From Treponema sp. (GTDB taxonomy: Bacteria; Spirochaetota; Spirochaetia; Treponematales; Treponemataceae), in contig JAFUFE010000114.1 in NCBI GenBank assembly GCA_017470085.1, positions 1,721-65,720 of the forward strand: DNA of 64,000 nt, given 5' to 3'. The position numbers and the translations under genes were made by a program. How positions within the stretch are numbered: position 1 is the first letter of the stretch; every line of letters begins with the position of its first letter. The notes under the pieces were generated by a model. That model worked only from the letters and a program-made list of their open reading frames with translations, made no database searches and was not told the origin of the DNA. Below, in pieces: positions 1 through 11,550 of this stretch.

Positions 1-373
1 CAACGGTTCCCATCCGTGTCCACGATGCCATTTTCTGTCTGCCGCCTTCTTCTTCAACCGCGCGCTTTAGCGTCGGAAAGATAATAATCGCCAGCTGCAT
101 GATGATCTGCGCAGAGATATACGGCATAACACCAAGCATAAAAACAGAGAAATTCGAAAAGGCACCCCCCACAAAAAAGTCCATATAACTCGCAAAAGAA
201 TTGCTGTTCTGCCGGGCAAGCTCCTCAAAATGCGCAAAAAGCACAGACGGATTAACGCCGGGTATGGTGATGACACTCCCTAATCGAAAAACAATAAGAA
301 CCAAAAATGTAAACAGCAATCGATCGCGTAGCTCTTTGATTCTCAACATATGTGCAATGTGCTTGCCTGCCAT
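1..373 (-). CDS. secY: Preprotein translocase SecY, N-terminal part (runs off window start)
   Basis: Manual minus-strand translation from ATG at 373 gives MAGKHIAHMLRIKELRDRLLFTFLVLIVFRLGSVITIPGVNPSV. It follows rplO as in spc operons. It is absent from the ORF track because there is no stop in the window. Confidence 0.85.
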   Translation of the reverse strand, partial: MAGKHIAHMLRIKELRDRLLFTFLVLIVFRLGSVITIPGVNPSVLFAHFEELARQNSNSFASYMDFFVGGAFSNFSVFMLGVMPYISAQIIMQLAIIIFPTLKRAVEEEGGRQKMASWTRMGTV

Positions 374-387
374 CGTCTACTCCGCGA

Positions 388-861
388 TTACTGTTTCTTT
401 TCTTCGGTGACCGTTACGACGCCGCCGGCTTTTTCAATTTTTTCCTTTGCCGACGCAGAAATTTTATCGACCTGCACCGTCAATTTCTGGGAGACGTCTC
501 CATTGCCCAGTATTTTTACGAGCGCTTTAGATTTTTTAGAAAAAAATCCTTTGGCTGCAAGCGTCTCCCGATTGACGGTTTCCCCGTCTGCAAATTTGGC
601 TGCCACATCACCGACATTCACACATTCATACTGCTTTTTAAAGACGGCATTGGAAAATCCGCGCTGTGCAATGCGGCGATAGAGCGGCATCTGCCCGCCT
701 TCAAATCCAACATACGGCAACCGCTTCCCCGAACGAGACTGCTGCCCTTTGTTACCGCGTCCCGCGGTCGTTCCCAACCCGGATGATGAGCCGCGACCGA
801 CACGCTTACGCTTTCTATTTGCGCCTGTTGGCGCAATAAGCACCGGATTATAGTCTGACAT
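388..861 (-). CDS. rplO: 50S ribosomal protein L15
   Basis: 157-aa ORF with RVGRGSSSGLGTTAGRGNKGQ motif; sits at the spc operon position. Confidence 0.95.
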   Translation of the reverse strand: MSDYNPVLIAPTGANRKRKRVGRGSSSGLGTTAGRGNKGQQSRSGKRLPYVGFEGGQMPLYRRIAQRGFSNAVFKKQYECVNVGDVAAKFADGETVNRETLAAKGFFSKKSKALVKILGNGDVSQKLTVQVDKISASAKEKIEKAGGVVTVTEEKKQ

Positions 862-863
862 CG

Positions 864-1046
864 TTATACCTCTTCAACCTTGATGACGTGAGCAACACGC
901 CGGCACATACCGCGAATAGACGGTGTATCTTCCTGTTCAACGCAAGAATTGAGCTTTCGGAGCCCTAAACTGCGCACTGTCGCCTTTACGTCTTGCTTTT
1001 GCCGAATCGTACTTTTTTTCAGCGTAATCTTCAGTTTGCCCGCCAT
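864..1046 (-). CDS. rpmD: 50S ribosomal protein L30
   Basis: 60-aa ORF KLKITLKKSTIRQKQDVKATVRSLGLRK, between S5 and L15. Confidence 0.93.
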   Translation of the reverse strand: MAGKLKITLKKSTIRQKQDVKATVRSLGLRKLNSCVEQEDTPSIRGMCRRVAHVIKVEEV

Positions 1047-1049
1047 TGA

Positions 1050-1670
1050 TTACCCCCACAACTCATTCAGCGTTTTACCGCGCGCCTGTGCAATCGCTTT
1101 CGCATCGAGGATGTGCGCAATTGCATCAAACGTTGCACGAACAACGTTGACATTCGTTCGAGAACCGAGCGATTTCGAAATAATATCGGTTGCACCGGCC
1201 GCATCCATAATTGCACGGACCGCGCCGCCGGCGATAATGCCCGTACCGGGGCGAGCCGGCTTGAGCATGACCGAAGAGCTTTTATAGTTGCCGATCATAT
1301 CGTGCGGCACCGTACCGTGAATCATCGGAAGCGTCACCAGATTGCGTTTTGCCCGATCAATGCTTTTTCTGATGGCCTCGGTAACATCGTTCGCCTTACC
1401 GAACCCAAAACCGACATGCCCTTTTTTGTCTCCCACAACGGTCAGCGCTGCAAACGAAAAACGGCGGCCGCCTTTTACCACTTTTGCCGTACGGTTCAAT
1501 TCAACGAGTTTCTCAACAAAATCATCGTCACGCTCCCGTCCGCGATTTTCACGTCCACCCCGACGCTCGCGCGGAGCCCGCCCTTCAAACCGCGATTCTG
1601 TTGCTTTGGCATCCACGGTAACAGTTGTTTTTTCTGCTATCTCATTATCAGTCGTTTTCTGTTCTTCCAT
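1050..1670 (-). CDS. rpsE: 30S ribosomal protein S5 (charged N-terminal extension of about 45 aa)
   Basis: 206-aa ORF with core VVKGGRRFSFAALTVVGDKKGHVGFGFGKA; operon order. Confidence 0.95.
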   Translation of the reverse strand: MEEQKTTDNEIAEKTTVTVDAKATESRFEGRAPRERRGGRENRGRERDDDFVEKLVELNRTAKVVKGGRRFSFAALTVVGDKKGHVGFGFGKANDVTEAIRKSIDRAKRNLVTLPMIHGTVPHDMIGNYKSSSVMLKPARPGTGIIAGGAVRAIMDAAGATDIISKSLGSRTNVNVVRATFDAIAHILDAKAIAQARGKTLNELWG

Positions 1671-1678
1671 ACTGGCTC

Positions 1679-2041
1679 CTAAAACTCAATTCCAGCTTTG
1701 CGGGTTCCGTCCGCGAGCGCCTTGACGACGCCGTGGTATAAATAGCCATTTCTGTCAAAGACGACAGTCGTAATATTACGGTCTTTCAAGCGCGCACCAA
1801 ACGCTTCTCCCAGCTTTTCAGCGTTTATAACGGTCGGCCGCATATCCGCATATTCCTTTTCGAGCGTAGAGATTGCAGCAAGCGTCTTTCCTTCATCATC
1901 ATTGATTGCCTGCATATACAAGTGCCGATTACTCCGGGTCACCGTCAAACGCGGACGAACTGCTGTGCCGTACACCCGTTTCCGGATGTGAATTTTCCGA
2001 TGCAGCCGTTTTCGTTGCTTGTTGCTCATCTTCTTAATCAT
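1679..2041 (-). CDS. rplR: 50S ribosomal protein L18
   Basis: 120-aa ORF ending in [26 protein letters not shown]. Confidence 0.95.
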   Translation of the reverse strand: MIKKMSNKQRKRLHRKIHIRKRVYGTAVRPRLTVTRSNRHLYMQAINDDEGKTLAAISTLEKEYADMRPTVINAEKLGEAFGARLKDRNITTVVFDRNGYLYHGVVKALADGTRKAGIEF

Positions 2042-2053
2042 ATGCGCATCCCC

Positions 2054-2596
2054 TTATTTTACGCCAGTCTTGCCGACTTTGCGCCTAATAACTTCAGTTT
2101 CGTAGCGAATCCCTTTGCCCTTATACGGTTCAGGCTTACGGAGACTGCGAATCTCGGCACAGAATTGACCGACTCGCTGCTTATCGTTGCCGCTTACAGT
2201 TACCTTGCCGTTTGCGTCGGCAGTCACCGTCAAGCCATCAGGAATGAGAGCAATAAAATCATTGGAATAGCCCAAATTCATAACGAGCTCATTTCCCTTC
2301 ACTTCAGCACGATAACCGACGCCCGTAATAATCAGCGATTTTGAAAATCCAGCGGATACACCCGTCACCATATTATTGATGAGACTGCGATACAGTCCGT
2401 GGTCTGCATTCGCCTGTTTGGACGCAACGATCGGTTTCACCGTCACCGCATCGTTTTCAATCTTTACCTCAATCGTCGTGCTGTTGTAACGCTGCGACAG
2501 TTCGCCCTTTGGCCCTTTTACTGTAATCACGCTCTCGGCCACCGTTGCCGTGACACCCGCAGGAAGGGCAACCGGAAGCTTTCCCAATTTCGACAT
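2054..2596 (-). CDS. rplF: 50S ribosomal protein L6
   Basis: The ORF track starts at a GTG at 2635. ATG at 2596 (MSKLGKLPV) is the typical L6 N-terminus and avoids overlap with rpsH. Confidence 0.93.
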   Translation of the reverse strand: MSKLGKLPVALPAGVTATVAESVITVKGPKGELSQRYNSTTIEVKIENDAVTVKPIVASKQANADHGLYRSLINNMVTGVSAGFSKSLIITGVGYRAEVKGNELVMNLGYSNDFIALIPDGLTVTADANGKVTVSGNDKQRVGQFCAEIRSLRKPEPYKGKGIRYETEVIRRKVGKTGVK

Positions 2597-2606
2597 GCCG
2601 TTCTCC

Positions 2607-3005
2607 TTACCACACGCTACAGAGCAATTCGCCACCGACCATTTTTTCAGTTGCCTTTTTGCCAGTCGTTACGCCCGCGGACGTTGAAACGATAATCGTA
2701 CCGTAGCCGTTATACACACGCGGCAGCTCTTTGAATCCGGAATAGACGCGACGTCCCGGCGTTGAAATACGCTTTAACCCGTGAATCACCGAATTGTTCT
2801 GATCGTCATATTTCAAGAAAATGCGGATAATATTTTTTCCACCTTCTTGAACTTTCTTAAAGTTCTTTATGTAGCCTTCCGTCTTTAAAATCTTTATGAT
2901 TTCCAGCTTCAGTTTTGATGCAGGGATATCGACCTTTTCGTGACGGACGGCAACCGCATTACGGACTTTCGTCAGCATATCTGCTACAGGATCTGATACA
3001 CTCAT
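2607..3005 (-). CDS. rpsH: 30S ribosomal protein S8
   Basis: 132-aa [20 protein letters not shown], canonical S8 N-terminus. Confidence 0.95.
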   Translation of the reverse strand: MSVSDPVADMLTKVRNAVAVRHEKVDIPASKLKLEIIKILKTEGYIKNFKKVQEGGKNIIRIFLKYDDQNNSVIHGLKRISTPGRRVYSGFKELPRVYNGYGTIIVSTSAGVTTGKKATEKMVGGELLCSVW

Positions 3006-3020
3006 TGTCTCTCCCTCCTG

Positions 3021-3206
3021 TTACCAACTTGATTTGGTGACGCCCGGCAACAGACCTTCACTTGCCAATTTACGGAAGCAACAGCGGCACATTTTGAACT
3101 TCCGTAAATATCCACGCGGACGCCCGCAAATCTGACAACGATTGTATTCACGCGTCGGATATTTCTGTTTGCGGGCAGCTTTAATGATCATTGATTTTTT
3201 AGCCAT
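3021..3206 (-). CDS. rpsN: 30S ribosomal protein S14, short zinc-ribbon type
   Basis: 61-aa ORF with CQICGRP...CRCCFR (two CxxC pairs) and C-terminal SSW. Confidence 0.93.
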   Translation of the reverse strand: MAKKSMIIKAARKQKYPTREYNRCQICGRPRGYLRKFKMCRCCFRKLASEGLLPGVTKSSW

Positions 3207-3217
3207 GGACTTCCTCG

Positions 3218-3772
3218 CTACTGCTTCCTAAACGGCATATTGAACTTGGCAAGCAAAGCATACGCTTCTTTGTCAGTTTTTGCACTCGTCACGATTGCAA
3301 TGTTCATACCGGCTATCTGGGTGATTTTATCAAAATCGATTTCCGGAAAAATAATCTGTTCCGTAATGCCAAGAGAAAAATTGCCGTGCCCGTCAAATCC
3401 CGTTGATTTGATACCACGAAAATCTTTCACGCGAGGCAATGCTACATTGATAAGCCGGTCCAAAAACTCATACATCATGGCACCGCGCAACGTTACCATT
3501 GCACCGATTTCATTTCCTTCCCGAAGCTTGAAATTAGCGATGCTCTTTTTTGCCTTTGTCTTAACGGCATGCTGGCCGGTAATCTGCGTCAACTCCGAAA
3601 CGGCGGCGTCAAGAAGCTTTTTGTTCGTCAACGCTTCGCCAACGCCCATGCTCACCACAATCTTTTTGAGCTGCGGTACCTGCATCGGTGTTGTATAGCC
3701 AAACTCCTTTGTCAATTCAGGAGCGATGGTTTCTCTGTAGACTTTTTTCAGCCGAGGTACGTAATTTTCCAT
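3218..3772 (-). CDS. rplE: 50S ribosomal protein L5
   Basis: ATG at 3772 ([10 protein letters not shown]) overlaps the rplX stop as TAATG. The ORF track extends to 3790. Confidence 0.93.
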   Translation of the reverse strand: MENYVPRLKKVYRETIAPELTKEFGYTTPMQVPQLKKIVVSMGVGEALTNKKLLDAAVSELTQITGQHAVKTKAKKSIANFKLREGNEIGAMVTLRGAMMYEFLDRLINVALPRVKDFRGIKSTGFDGHGNFSLGITEQIIFPEIDFDKITQIAGMNIAIVTSAKTDKEAYALLAKFNMPFRKQ

Positions 3773-4089
3773 TACAGCGCTTCTCCACATCTACGGCAGA
3801 TACGTATTTTTTTATCGCCGTCAATTTTATATCCAATCTTTACGGGGCGTCCGCATTTTTTACACACGATGCCGACATTTGAAACGTGAATCGGTGCCTC
3901 TATTTCAGCGATGCCCCCCTGTTCCTGCTCACTCCGCCGCTTCATCGCCTTTTTAACAATATTGACGCCGGAGACGATCACCGCATCTTTTTTTGGCACA
4001 ATGCGCACAACTGTTCCACGCTTGCCTCTGTCTTTTCCGGTAAGCACTTGCACGGTATCATCCCGTTTTATTCTAAACTTCTTCTGCAT
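3772..4089 (-). CDS. rplX: 50S ribosomal protein L24
   Basis: 105-aa ORF with KOW-like [20 protein letters not shown]. Confidence 0.94.
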   Translation of the reverse strand: MQKKFRIKRDDTVQVLTGKDRGKRGTVVRIVPKKDAVIVSGVNIVKKAMKRRSEQEQGGIAEIEAPIHVSNVGIVCKKCGRPVKIGYKIDGDKKIRICRRCGEAL

Positions 4090-4100
4090 GCCTTACTCCT

Positions 4101-4469
4101 CTATAGCACTTCCGGCGCTAACGAGATAATCTTCATATAATCCATATCACGCAGCTCACGAGCCACCGGACCAAACACCCGTTTGCCTTTGGGATTCTTG
4201 TTATCGTCGATAATAACGCACGCATTGTCATCAAACCGGATGTATGTGCCGTCGGGACGGCGATACTCTTTTGCCTGCCGCACGATGACTGCCTTTTCAA
4301 CGGAACCCTTTTTTATAGTAGATGTCGGGATGGCATCTTTTACCGCCACCACAATCACGTCACCGATACGTGCATACCGCCGATGCGTACCGCCGAGTAC
4401 TTTGATACACTGGACGACCTTTGCACCTGAGTTATCGGCTACGGTCAGATTTGTCTGCATCTGAATCAT
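4101..4469 (-). CDS. rplN: 50S ribosomal protein L14
   Basis: 122-aa [20 protein letters not shown]. Confidence 0.96.
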   Translation of the reverse strand: MIQMQTNLTVADNSGAKVVQCIKVLGGTHRRYARIGDVIVVAVKDAIPTSTIKKGSVEKAVIVRQAKEYRRPDGTYIRFDDNACVIIDDNKNPKGKRVFGPVARELRDMDYMKIISLAPEVL

Positions 4470-4486
4470 ACTGCATCCTCCCCGCG

Positions 4487-4765
4487 CTATTTCGCCCGCT
4501 CAACAATCTCGACCAGCCGCCACTGTTTTGTTTTGCTCAACGGCCGGCTTTCTATAATTCGTACCGTATCCCCCATATGGGCACTGTTCTCTTCATCGTG
4601 CGCGTGATACTTCTTTGTCCGCGTTACATATTTTTTATACAGCCGGTCCATCTTCTTCGTAGAAACAGTGACAACAATAGTCTTTTCCATTTTATCACTC
4701 GTAACGATTCCGACAAAAGAACGCTTATGCGGCTTCCGTGCGGCCTGAACAGTATTTTCTTCCAT
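4487..4765 (-). CDS. rpsQ: 30S ribosomal protein S17
   Basis: 92-aa ORF with [14 protein letters not shown]...KKYHAHDE. Confidence 0.94.
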   Translation of the reverse strand: MEENTVQAARKPHKRSFVGIVTSDKMEKTIVVTVSTKKMDRLYKKYVTRTKKYHAHDEENSAHMGDTVRIIESRPLSKTKQWRLVEIVERAK

Positions 4766-4775
4766 CGTTCAGCTC

Positions 4776-5006
4776 CTACTTTTGTACTTCGCCAGAGGGC
4801 TTCGCTTTTTCAGCGAGTTCTTTCTGATGAATAAACGTATTCAAACGGGCAATTTCGCGACGCATAGTACGTTTTTCCAACGGATTATCTACATGAGAGA
4901 TCACCATCCGAAAACGGAGATCCATGTATTTTCGTTTCAAATCATCACGCTTGGCCACCAATTCGGCGTACGACAATTCACTGTCCTTTATCTTCTTTCC
5001 TGCCAT
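4776..5006 (-). CDS. rpmC: 50S ribosomal protein L29
   Basis: 76-aa ORF between L16 and S17 with L29-like helical sequence LRFRMVISHVDNPLEKR. Confidence 0.9.
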   Translation of the reverse strand: MAGKKIKDSELSYAELVAKRDDLKRKYMDLRFRMVISHVDNPLEKRTMRREIARLNTFIHQKELAEKAKPSGEVQK

Positions 5007-5017
5007 GCCAATTCTCC

Positions 5018-5437
5018 TTAATCCTGCGTCGGCTTATAGGCAATTTTTGTCAGGATTGGCAATTTGCTCTGTGCGAGTTCAAGCGCACGATGTGCCAGCT
5101 TGAGGTCAATACCGCCAATTTCAAACAGGATATTCCCCGGCTTAACAACCGCCGCCCAAAATTCAGGCGCGCCTTTCCCTTTTCCCATGCGGACTTCCGC
5201 CGGCTTTTTAGAGACCGGTTTGTCGGGGAACACTCGGATCCACACATCGCCTTTGCGGCTCAGCTGCCGGTTGATAACCACACGACACGCCTCTATAACG
5301 CGTGCATTTAGCCACGTAGGCTCAAGTGCCACTAACGCGATTTCACCAAAGTCTATATAATTGCCACGCGTCGCGTTTCCTTTTTCTCTTCCGCGCTGTA
5401 CCTTGCGGTATTTAACTCGTTTTGGACTCAAAGGCAT
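5018..5437 (-). CDS. rplP: 50S ribosomal protein L16
   Basis: 139-aa [20 protein letters not shown]. Confidence 0.96.
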   Translation of the reverse strand: MPLSPKRVKYRKVQRGREKGNATRGNYIDFGEIALVALEPTWLNARVIEACRVVINRQLSRKGDVWIRVFPDKPVSKKPAEVRMGKGKGAPEFWAAVVKPGNILFEIGGIDLKLAHRALELAQSKLPILTKIAYKPTQD

Positions 5438-5440
5438 ACA

Positions 5441-6178
5441 TTAACTCCTTGTCGATTTTGCAGCGTCCATCGTTCTCTCTCCTTGAGGAGTACGTTCACG
5501 GCGCGGCTTCCGCACAGAACGGGTAGCATCATCAGGGTGTTCATTGCCATAGTTCATACCGTTGTATACCCACACCTTCACCCCGATTTTTCCGTAAGTG
5601 GTCTGTGCCTCATGCGTACCGTAATCGATGTCGGCACGTAACGTGTGCAGCGGAACACGCCCTTCTTTGTGCTCTTCCGAACGCTTCATGTCCGCGCCGC
5701 CAAGTCGCCCGGACAAACGGATTTTAATGCCCTGCGCTCCGGCACGCATCGCGTTGTTAACCGCTTGTTTCAGCGCTTTGCGGTACGAACCGCGTCCTGC
5801 AAGTTGCCGGCCAACATTCTGCGCAATGAGATTGGCATTCAAATCAGCGCGTTTAATTTCCTTAATCTTAATCTGTACCTTATTCGTCAGCTTGCTCTGG
5901 ATATCGGCGCTGATTTTTTCAATCGTAGCACCTTTTACCCCGATAATCACGCCCGGACGCGCCGTATGGATGACAATCGTAACGCGTTGTGGATGACGGA
6001 TAATTTCTATCTCCGCGATATCCGCATTTTTACACTCTGGAAGACCGGTTACCATCTTTCGGATTTTCAAATCCTCAAGTACCAAATCCGCATACGTCCG
6101 CGGAGATGCATACCAGCGCGACTGCCATGTTTTGTTTATACCCAGACGCAAACCAATCGGATTAACTTTCTGTCCCAT
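5441..6178 (-). CDS. rpsC: 30S ribosomal protein S3
   Basis: 245-aa [27 protein letters not shown]. Confidence 0.96.
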   Translation of the reverse strand: MGQKVNPIGLRLGINKTWQSRWYASPRTYADLVLEDLKIRKMVTGLPECKNADIAEIEIIRHPQRVTIVIHTARPGVIIGVKGATIEKISADIQSKLTNKVQIKIKEIKRADLNANLIAQNVGRQLAGRGSYRKALKQAVNNAMRAGAQGIKIRLSGRLGGADMKRSEEHKEGRVPLHTLRADIDYGTHEAQTTYGKIGVKVWVYNGMNYGNEHPDDATRSVRKPRRERTPQGERTMDAAKSTRS

Positions 6179-6180
6179 CG

Positions 6181-6537
6181 TTATTTACCCGCCTTTTCGT
6201 CCACGACGACCGTAATGTGACACATGCGCTTCAACTGACGGTCAGCACGACCGCGTCCGCGAAACCACACACGCTTGAGCCGCGGCCCTTCATCGATGCG
6301 AATCTCTTTAATATACAGCATGTCTTCATCAAGCTTGTTGTTTGCATAAAGCGCGTTTGCCACTGCCGACTTAAGCGTTGCACTGATAAGTCGCGCGCCT
6401 TTTTGCGGCATATGCGCCAAAATTGCGCTCGCCGCAGAGCAGCTTTTCTGATTTACCACGTGTGCAACCGGGCGAACCTTTGTAGGAGATGCAATAAGAA
6501 ATTTTGAAACGGCACTGTATCCTGTTTTTTGATCCAT
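6181..6537 (-). CDS. rplV: 50S ribosomal protein L22
   Basis: 118-aa ORF at the operon position, ending HITVVVDEK. Confidence 0.93.
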   Translation of the reverse strand: MDQKTGYSAVSKFLIASPTKVRPVAHVVNQKSCSAASAILAHMPQKGARLISATLKSAVANALYANNKLDEDMLYIKEIRIDEGPRLKRVWFRGRGRADRQLKRMCHITVVVDEKAGK

Positions 6538-6549
6538 AACCTATCACCT

Positions 6550-6831
6550 CTATTTTTTGTTCGCCGTCTTATCCGAACCGGCGTGTCCACGGAACACACG
6601 AGTCGGAGAAAACTCGCCGAGCTTATGTCCAACAAGGTTTTCAGTGATATACACCGGAATCCAAGATTTACCGTTATAGACAGAAATCGTGTTACCGACC
6701 ATTTCAGGAATAATCGTCGAGCAGCGGGAATACGTTTTTATCATCTTCCTGTCAGACTCTTTGTTCATCGCTAAAACTTTTTTGTACAGCGACTTTTCCA
6801 CGAACGGTCCTTTTTTAACAGATCTTGACAC
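6550..6831 (-). CDS. rpsS: 30S ribosomal protein S19
   Basis: 93-aa [14 protein letters not shown]...[24 protein letters not shown]. Confidence 0.96.
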   Translation of the reverse strand: MSRSVKKGPFVEKSLYKKVLAMNKESDRKMIKTYSRCSTIIPEMVGNTISVYNGKSWIPVYITENLVGHKLGEFSPTRVFRGHAGSDKTANKK

Positions 6832-6848
6832 AACTCTCTCCTCTGCAC

Positions 6849-7673
6849 CTATTTATGACGACGCGAGACAATAAAGCGGCTCGACGTCTTGCGTTTATTG
6901 CGCGTCTTGTAGCCTTTGCACGGCTGCCCCCACGGTGTTACCGGATTGCGGCCCTTGCCAGCGCCTTCACCGCCACCGAGCGGGTGATCAACTGGATTCA
7001 TCGCCATGCCGCGTACCGTCGGACGCCGTCCAAGCCACCGGCTGTGCCCCGCTTTGCCAAGGCGCACGTTCATATGCTCTTCATTGCCAACCACTCCGAT
7101 AGTGGCGTAACATTTACAGTGCACACGGCGCATTTCACTTGACGGGAGCCGCACTGTTACATAGTCACCGTCTTTGGCCACAATCATCGCACCCGCTCCT
7201 GCAGAGCGCACCATCTGTCCACCGCGGCCGAGCGTCAGCTCAATGTTGTGCACCGTGAACCCTACTGGAATCACGCCGAGCGGCAGCGCGTTGCCAACTG
7301 TCGGCGGTGCATGTTCACCTGCCAGAATTTTCTGCCCGACCTGTAGTCCTTTCGGTGCGATGATATAGCGTTTATCGCCATCCGCATAAAAAATCAAAGC
7401 GATATTTGCGCTGCGGTTCGGATCGTATTCAATCGTCTTTACCGTTCCTGGAATGCCATGTTTATTGCGTTTAAAATCAATATCACGGTAACGACGTTTG
7501 TGCCCGCCGCCTTTGTGACGCACAGAGATACGCCCGTTCGCGTCGCGCCCGGCATGCGCTTTTTTCCCTGACGTCAAACCTTTGAACGGTTTGTCCGTGG
7601 TCAATTCCGTGCGCTTCAAACCAACACGACCACGCAAACCCGGAGTTATCGGCTTATATACTTTTAGAGCCAT
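6849..7673 (-). CDS. rplB: 50S ribosomal protein L2
   Basis: 274-aa ORF with GRNPVTPWG and HPLGGGEG motifs. Confidence 0.96.
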   Translation of the reverse strand: MALKVYKPITPGLRGRVGLKRTELTTDKPFKGLTSGKKAHAGRDANGRISVRHKGGGHKRRYRDIDFKRNKHGIPGTVKTIEYDPNRSANIALIFYADGDKRYIIAPKGLQVGQKILAGEHAPPTVGNALPLGVIPVGFTVHNIELTLGRGGQMVRSAGAGAMIVAKDGDYVTVRLPSSEMRRVHCKCYATIGVVGNEEHMNVRLGKAGHSRWLGRRPTVRGMAMNPVDHPLGGGEGAGKGRNPVTPWGQPCKGYKTRNKRKTSSRFIVSRRHK

Positions 7674-7691
7674 ATGTATTCCCCTTCGCTA

Positions 7692-7976
7692 TCAAATACC
7701 TTCAAATGCCTGAATGGTTTCGCCATCAGCCACTCGCACGATAGCTTTTTTATATGAAGCAGTGCGTCCCGGCTTACCTCGCAGCCGCTTCATTTTTCCC
7801 ATGATGTTCATCGTGGTACATTTTACCACATGCACATTGAACAGACGGCGCACTGCCTCTTTAATCTGAAACTTGTTCGCATCAGGATGTACAATAAACA
7901 CATACTTATTTTGTTCGCGGAGCAAGTTCGCTTTTTCAGAGATGACCGGCTTAATCAGTACGTCCTCATATACCAT
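7692..7976 (-). CDS. rplW: 50S ribosomal protein L23
   Basis: 94-aa ORF at the operon position with KFQIKEAVRRLFNVHV. Confidence 0.93.
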   Translation of the reverse strand: MVYEDVLIKPVISEKANLLREQNKYVFIVHPDANKFQIKEAVRRLFNVHVVKCTTMNIMGKMKRLRGKPGRTASYKKAIVRVADGETIQAFEGI

Positions 7977-8626
7977 CAGACTGCCTCCTTATCTTCCAAC
8001 GCACGATAAAAGTCCGACAGATTTTTGACCGCCGTTTCAAGCGCAATGATTTTACGCCCGTAATACAAATCATGCGCGCGCAACCGGTTGTACGACAGAA
8101 ACGATACCGTTGGAATATTGCGGCCGGCGCGTTTCAGCAGGGCGTCATCGTCTTTCAATATAATGACGGTGCGTTCCCCCTGCGTAAAATGATTTAGAAT
8201 CTTTACCAAATCCTTTGTTTTGCCGCTTTCAACAGTAAAATCTTCAATCACCGTAAAGCGGTCGCTCTGTGCTTGCATGCTCAAAATGGTCTTCAGGGCA
8301 AGCCGCTTTTCTTTTTTGGGAAGTTTATAGCTATAGTCGCGCGGTTTCGGCCCGAACACCGTACCGCCACCTACCAGCAACGGAGACTTTTTGTCACCGC
8401 GGCGCGCATTGCCGGTGCCCTTCTGTTTATATGGCTTTGCATTGCTGCCGTGTACCTCACTCCGCGTTTTAGTACACGCAGTGCCGACCCGCTTATTCGC
8501 CAATTCATTCGTAATCGCGTAATAGATGACGCCATCGTTCACCGGAAGTCCAAATACGCTGTCGTCAAGCGTGACGGTACGAAGTTCTTTGCCATCTATT
8601 GAATAGACTGTCTTTTCCATATTCAC
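7976..8626 (-). CDS. rplD: 50S ribosomal protein L4
   Basis: 216-aa ORF with KQKGTGNARRGD motif. Confidence 0.95.
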   Translation of the reverse strand: MNMEKTVYSIDGKELRTVTLDDSVFGLPVNDGVIYYAITNELANKRVGTACTKTRSEVHGSNAKPYKQKGTGNARRGDKKSPLLVGGGTVFGPKPRDYSYKLPKKEKRLALKTILSMQAQSDRFTVIEDFTVESGKTKDLVKILNHFTQGERTVIILKDDDALLKRAGRNIPTVSFLSYNRLRAHDLYYGRKIIALETAVKNLSDFYRALEDKEAV

Positions 8627-8632
8627 GCTCCA

Positions 8633-9259
8633 CTATTTTTTTACCGCAGATTTGACAATCAGCATGCTGTCCTTATTACCGGGAACAGCGCCGCGAACCA
8701 AGATAACTTTCAAATTAGAATCAATCTGCACGATTTTAAGGTTTTGAACCGTCACGCGTTTATTTCCCATACGGCCGGGCAATTTCGTACCTTTAAACAG
8801 ATGCCCCGGCGTGGTGGAATGCCCGGTGCCACCCGGCTCGCGGTGAAACTTTGAACCGTGCCCGGCTGGACCGCCGTGAAATCCCCATCGCTTCATAACA
8901 CCCTGAAATCCTTTGCCCTTTGAAATCGCCGTCACATCAAGAAACCGCGTGTCATCAAATAATTCAAGCCCAACGACGTCTCCAACGGCGACATCCCGGC
9001 CAAAATCACGGAATTCTTTTAAATGCCGCTTAGGTGATATTGTTTCAGGAAACTGCCCCTTATACGGCTTGGTCACCTTACTCGGCTTCATATCGTCAAC
9101 ACCTAAAACTACCGCGTCATAACCGTGCTTTTCTTTCGTCTTCATAGCAATAACCGTATTCGGTTCGACGCGGATCACGGTAACCGGCGTCAGGTTGCCG
9201 CTTTCGTCAAAAACTTGAGTCATTCCTACTTTTCGTGCCATCAGGCCTTTCATGCTCAT
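8633..9259 (-). CDS. rplC: 50S ribosomal protein L3
   Basis: 208-aa ORF with GLMARKVGMTQVF and KGKGFQGVMKRWGF. Confidence 0.96.
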   Translation of the reverse strand: MSMKGLMARKVGMTQVFDESGNLTPVTVIRVEPNTVIAMKTKEKHGYDAVVLGVDDMKPSKVTKPYKGQFPETISPKRHLKEFRDFGRDVAVGDVVGLELFDDTRFLDVTAISKGKGFQGVMKRWGFHGGPAGHGSKFHREPGGTGHSTTPGHLFKGTKLPGRMGNKRVTVQNLKIVQIDSNLKVILVRGAVPGNKDSMLIVKSAVKK

Positions 9260-9375
9260 ATTCTCCCTAACTGCATTGTTCTAAAAATTGCTTTGTCTTC
9301 CGCTTTTTTATAGAACAACCCCTACAGCCGTCGTCCCAGATCCGCGGGACCGTACTGTTTTTCTGTACGCAGCCG

Positions 9376-9684
9376 TTACTGCTTAATTTCCACATCAACG
9401 CCCGCAGGCAATTCCAACTTCATCAACGAATCCATAACGTCAGCCGTTGGATTCAAGATGTCGATAAGTCGCTTGTGCGTCCGCATTTCAAACTGCTCGC
9501 GCGATTTTTTATTGACGTGCGGAGAGCGCAACACCGTAACTTTATTGATCCTCGTTGGCAGCGGAATGGGACCAGACACCTTTGCCCCTGCCTTTTGCGC
9601 TGTCTGCACGATAGCTTTTGAACTCTGATCGATCAGCTCCACGTCGTACGCATGCAGCTTGACACGAATCTTTCCGTTAGCCAT
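9376..9684 (-). CDS. rpsJ: 30S ribosomal protein S10
   Basis: 102-aa [12 protein letters not shown]...VSGPIPLPT. An unusual 116-nt gap separates it from rplC. Confidence 0.96.
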   Translation of the reverse strand: MANGKIRVKLHAYDVELIDQSSKAIVQTAQKAGAKVSGPIPLPTRINKVTVLRSPHVNKKSREQFEMRTHKRLIDILNPTADVMDSLMKLELPAGVDVEIKQ

Positions 9685-9748
9685 TTTTCCTCCACCATGG
9701 AAGAAAACAGAACCCGCCGAAACAACCGGCAGGTTCCATTCTCAAAAA

Positions 9749-10936
9749 CTATTCAATAATTTTAGTAACCTGACCCGAGGCAATCGTACGACCACCTTCA
9801 CGGATAGCAAGTTTCAAGCCTTCATCCATAGCAATCGGGTGAATGAGCGTTCCGATAATCTTGGTGTTGTCGCCCGGCTTCACCATGTCGGTTCCCGCCG
9901 CCAACTCAATGGTTCCTGTAATGTCGGTTGTGCGGAAATAAAACTGCGGACGATATCCCGTAAAGAACGGACTATGACGACCGCCTTCCTCTTTTGACAG
10001 CACGTAAATTTGCGCCTCGAATTTGGTGTGCGGATGGATTGAGCCCGGTTTGGCAAGCACCTGTCCACGTTCCACCTCTTTCTTTTCAATGCCGCGGAGC
10101 AAAATACCGACGTTGTCTCCTGCGATACCTTTATCGAGCAATTTATTGAACATTTCGATGCCCGTCACCGTAGAATTCTGCGTGGGGCGAATGCCGACGA
10201 TTTCTACCGGATCGTTCATATTGACGACGCCGCGCTCGATACGACCAGTAACAACGGTGCCGCGGCCGGAAATCGTAAAGATGTCTTCAATCGGCATCAA
10301 GAATGGCTTATCTTCATCGCGCACTGGATCATCGAACCACGTGTCCATGGCGGTCAGCAGTTCTTCAATGCACTGCGTGTTCGCCGGATCGCTGTCTTCG
10401 TTGAGCGCTTTAAACGCGGAGCCTTTGATAATAGGCGTATCTTCGGAGAAGCCGTATTCCTTCAGTGTGTCTTTGACTTCTTCCACGACCAGTTCCAACA
10501 GATCAGGGTCGTCAACCTGATCAACTTTATTCAGGAATACGATAATTTTCGGAACACCGACCTGACGGGCAAGCAACAGGTGTTCGCGAGTCTGCGGCAT
10601 AACCGAGTCCGGAGCAGAAACAACCAGCACGGAGCCGTCCATCTGCGCCGCACCGGTAATCATGTTTTTGATGTAGTCGGCATGACCGGGACAGTCGATG
10701 TGCGCATAGTGGCGCTTGTCGGACTGATACTCAAGATGCCGCGTGTTAATGGTAATACCGCGTTCTTTTTCTTCAGGCGCGTTATCGATTTCATCGTACT
10801 TGAGCGCCTTGTCACCGTATTTTTTGGCACAATATTGGGTGATGGCAGCAGACAAAGTAGTTTTACCATGGTCAACGTGACCGATGGTTCCAACGTTCAT
10901 GTGGGGTTTCGTTCTTTCGAACTTTTCCTTAGCCAT
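9749..10936 (-). CDS. tuf: Elongation factor Tu
   Basis: ATG at 10936 gives [27 protein letters not shown], with DCPGH and NKVD motifs. The ORF track extends 12 codons further upstream. Confidence 0.97.
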   Translation of the reverse strand: MAKEKFERTKPHMNVGTIGHVDHGKTTLSAAITQYCAKKYGDKALKYDEIDNAPEEKERGITINTRHLEYQSDKRHYAHIDCPGHADYIKNMITGAAQMDGSVLVVSAPDSVMPQTREHLLLARQVGVPKIIVFLNKVDQVDDPDLLELVVEEVKDTLKEYGFSEDTPIIKGSAFKALNEDSDPANTQCIEELLTAMDTWFDDPVRDEDKPFLMPIEDIFTISGRGTVVTGRIERGVVNMNDPVEIVGIRPTQNSTVTGIEMFNKLLDKGIAGDNVGILLRGIEKKEVERGQVLAKPGSIHPHTKFEAQIYVLSKEEGGRHSPFFTGYRPQFYFRTTDITGTIELAAGTDMVKPGDNTKIIGTLIHPIAMDEGLKLAIREGGRTIASGQVTKIIE

Positions 10937-11550
10937 GATGCTCTCCTTGCCGGCTTCCTCACGCGCCGGCATTCTTTTTATATGTGATGCACTTTAAGCC
11001 AGAATACGTCATTCCCTAAAAGACAACGCCGCATTCGCATACACACTCAAAACTGACAGTACGCGCAGGTTTGATGACACGAGATGAATTACGGACAAGA
11101 ACGATACATTCCTTACCGACGCTTTATCAATTCAAAGCGTCGCCGGCCAGTACCACCGATCATCATCAAACGCTGCGTTTGACAACTGGTTTGGCATGCA
11201 AAGCCATTCGCTCAAAAATCGAGCCGGCAGATACCCGCGGTGCCATACCAGTCATACATCCGTTGCCGACGGCAACAGATAGCACCACGAAGCTGTATAA
11301 TCTGAATGCCAACATCGGCAAACTTTACGGTTATACCAGAGGAAATATCCTCTGCCTGCCTTTATACAGGGAACGTGCACACCAGATGCACGCCAATTAC
11401 ACGCGTTGGGAAAAATCACTTTTTCTCCACCGGTGTAAACACTTTTTCGCCCGCTCTATAAAGAAGCGTGACGTTCTTTATACACTTTTTAAGAAATAAA
11501 TGCAAGAGCCCCGGCATAAAAAATGTAAAAAAATAGCGCACATTTTCCGG

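Noticed and set aside
9260-9375. The 116-nt gap between rpsJ and rplC, with a small GTCCC...GGGAC hairpin.
   Set aside because: The gap is unusual in size, but the stem is short and I have no evidence of function. It is noted only in the feature evidence.
11071-11499. A 142-aa plus-strand ORF in the non-coding stretch upstream of tuf.
   Set aside because: It has no RBS and a Thr/Arg/His-rich low-information sequence. It sits opposite the likely tuf promoter and leader region.
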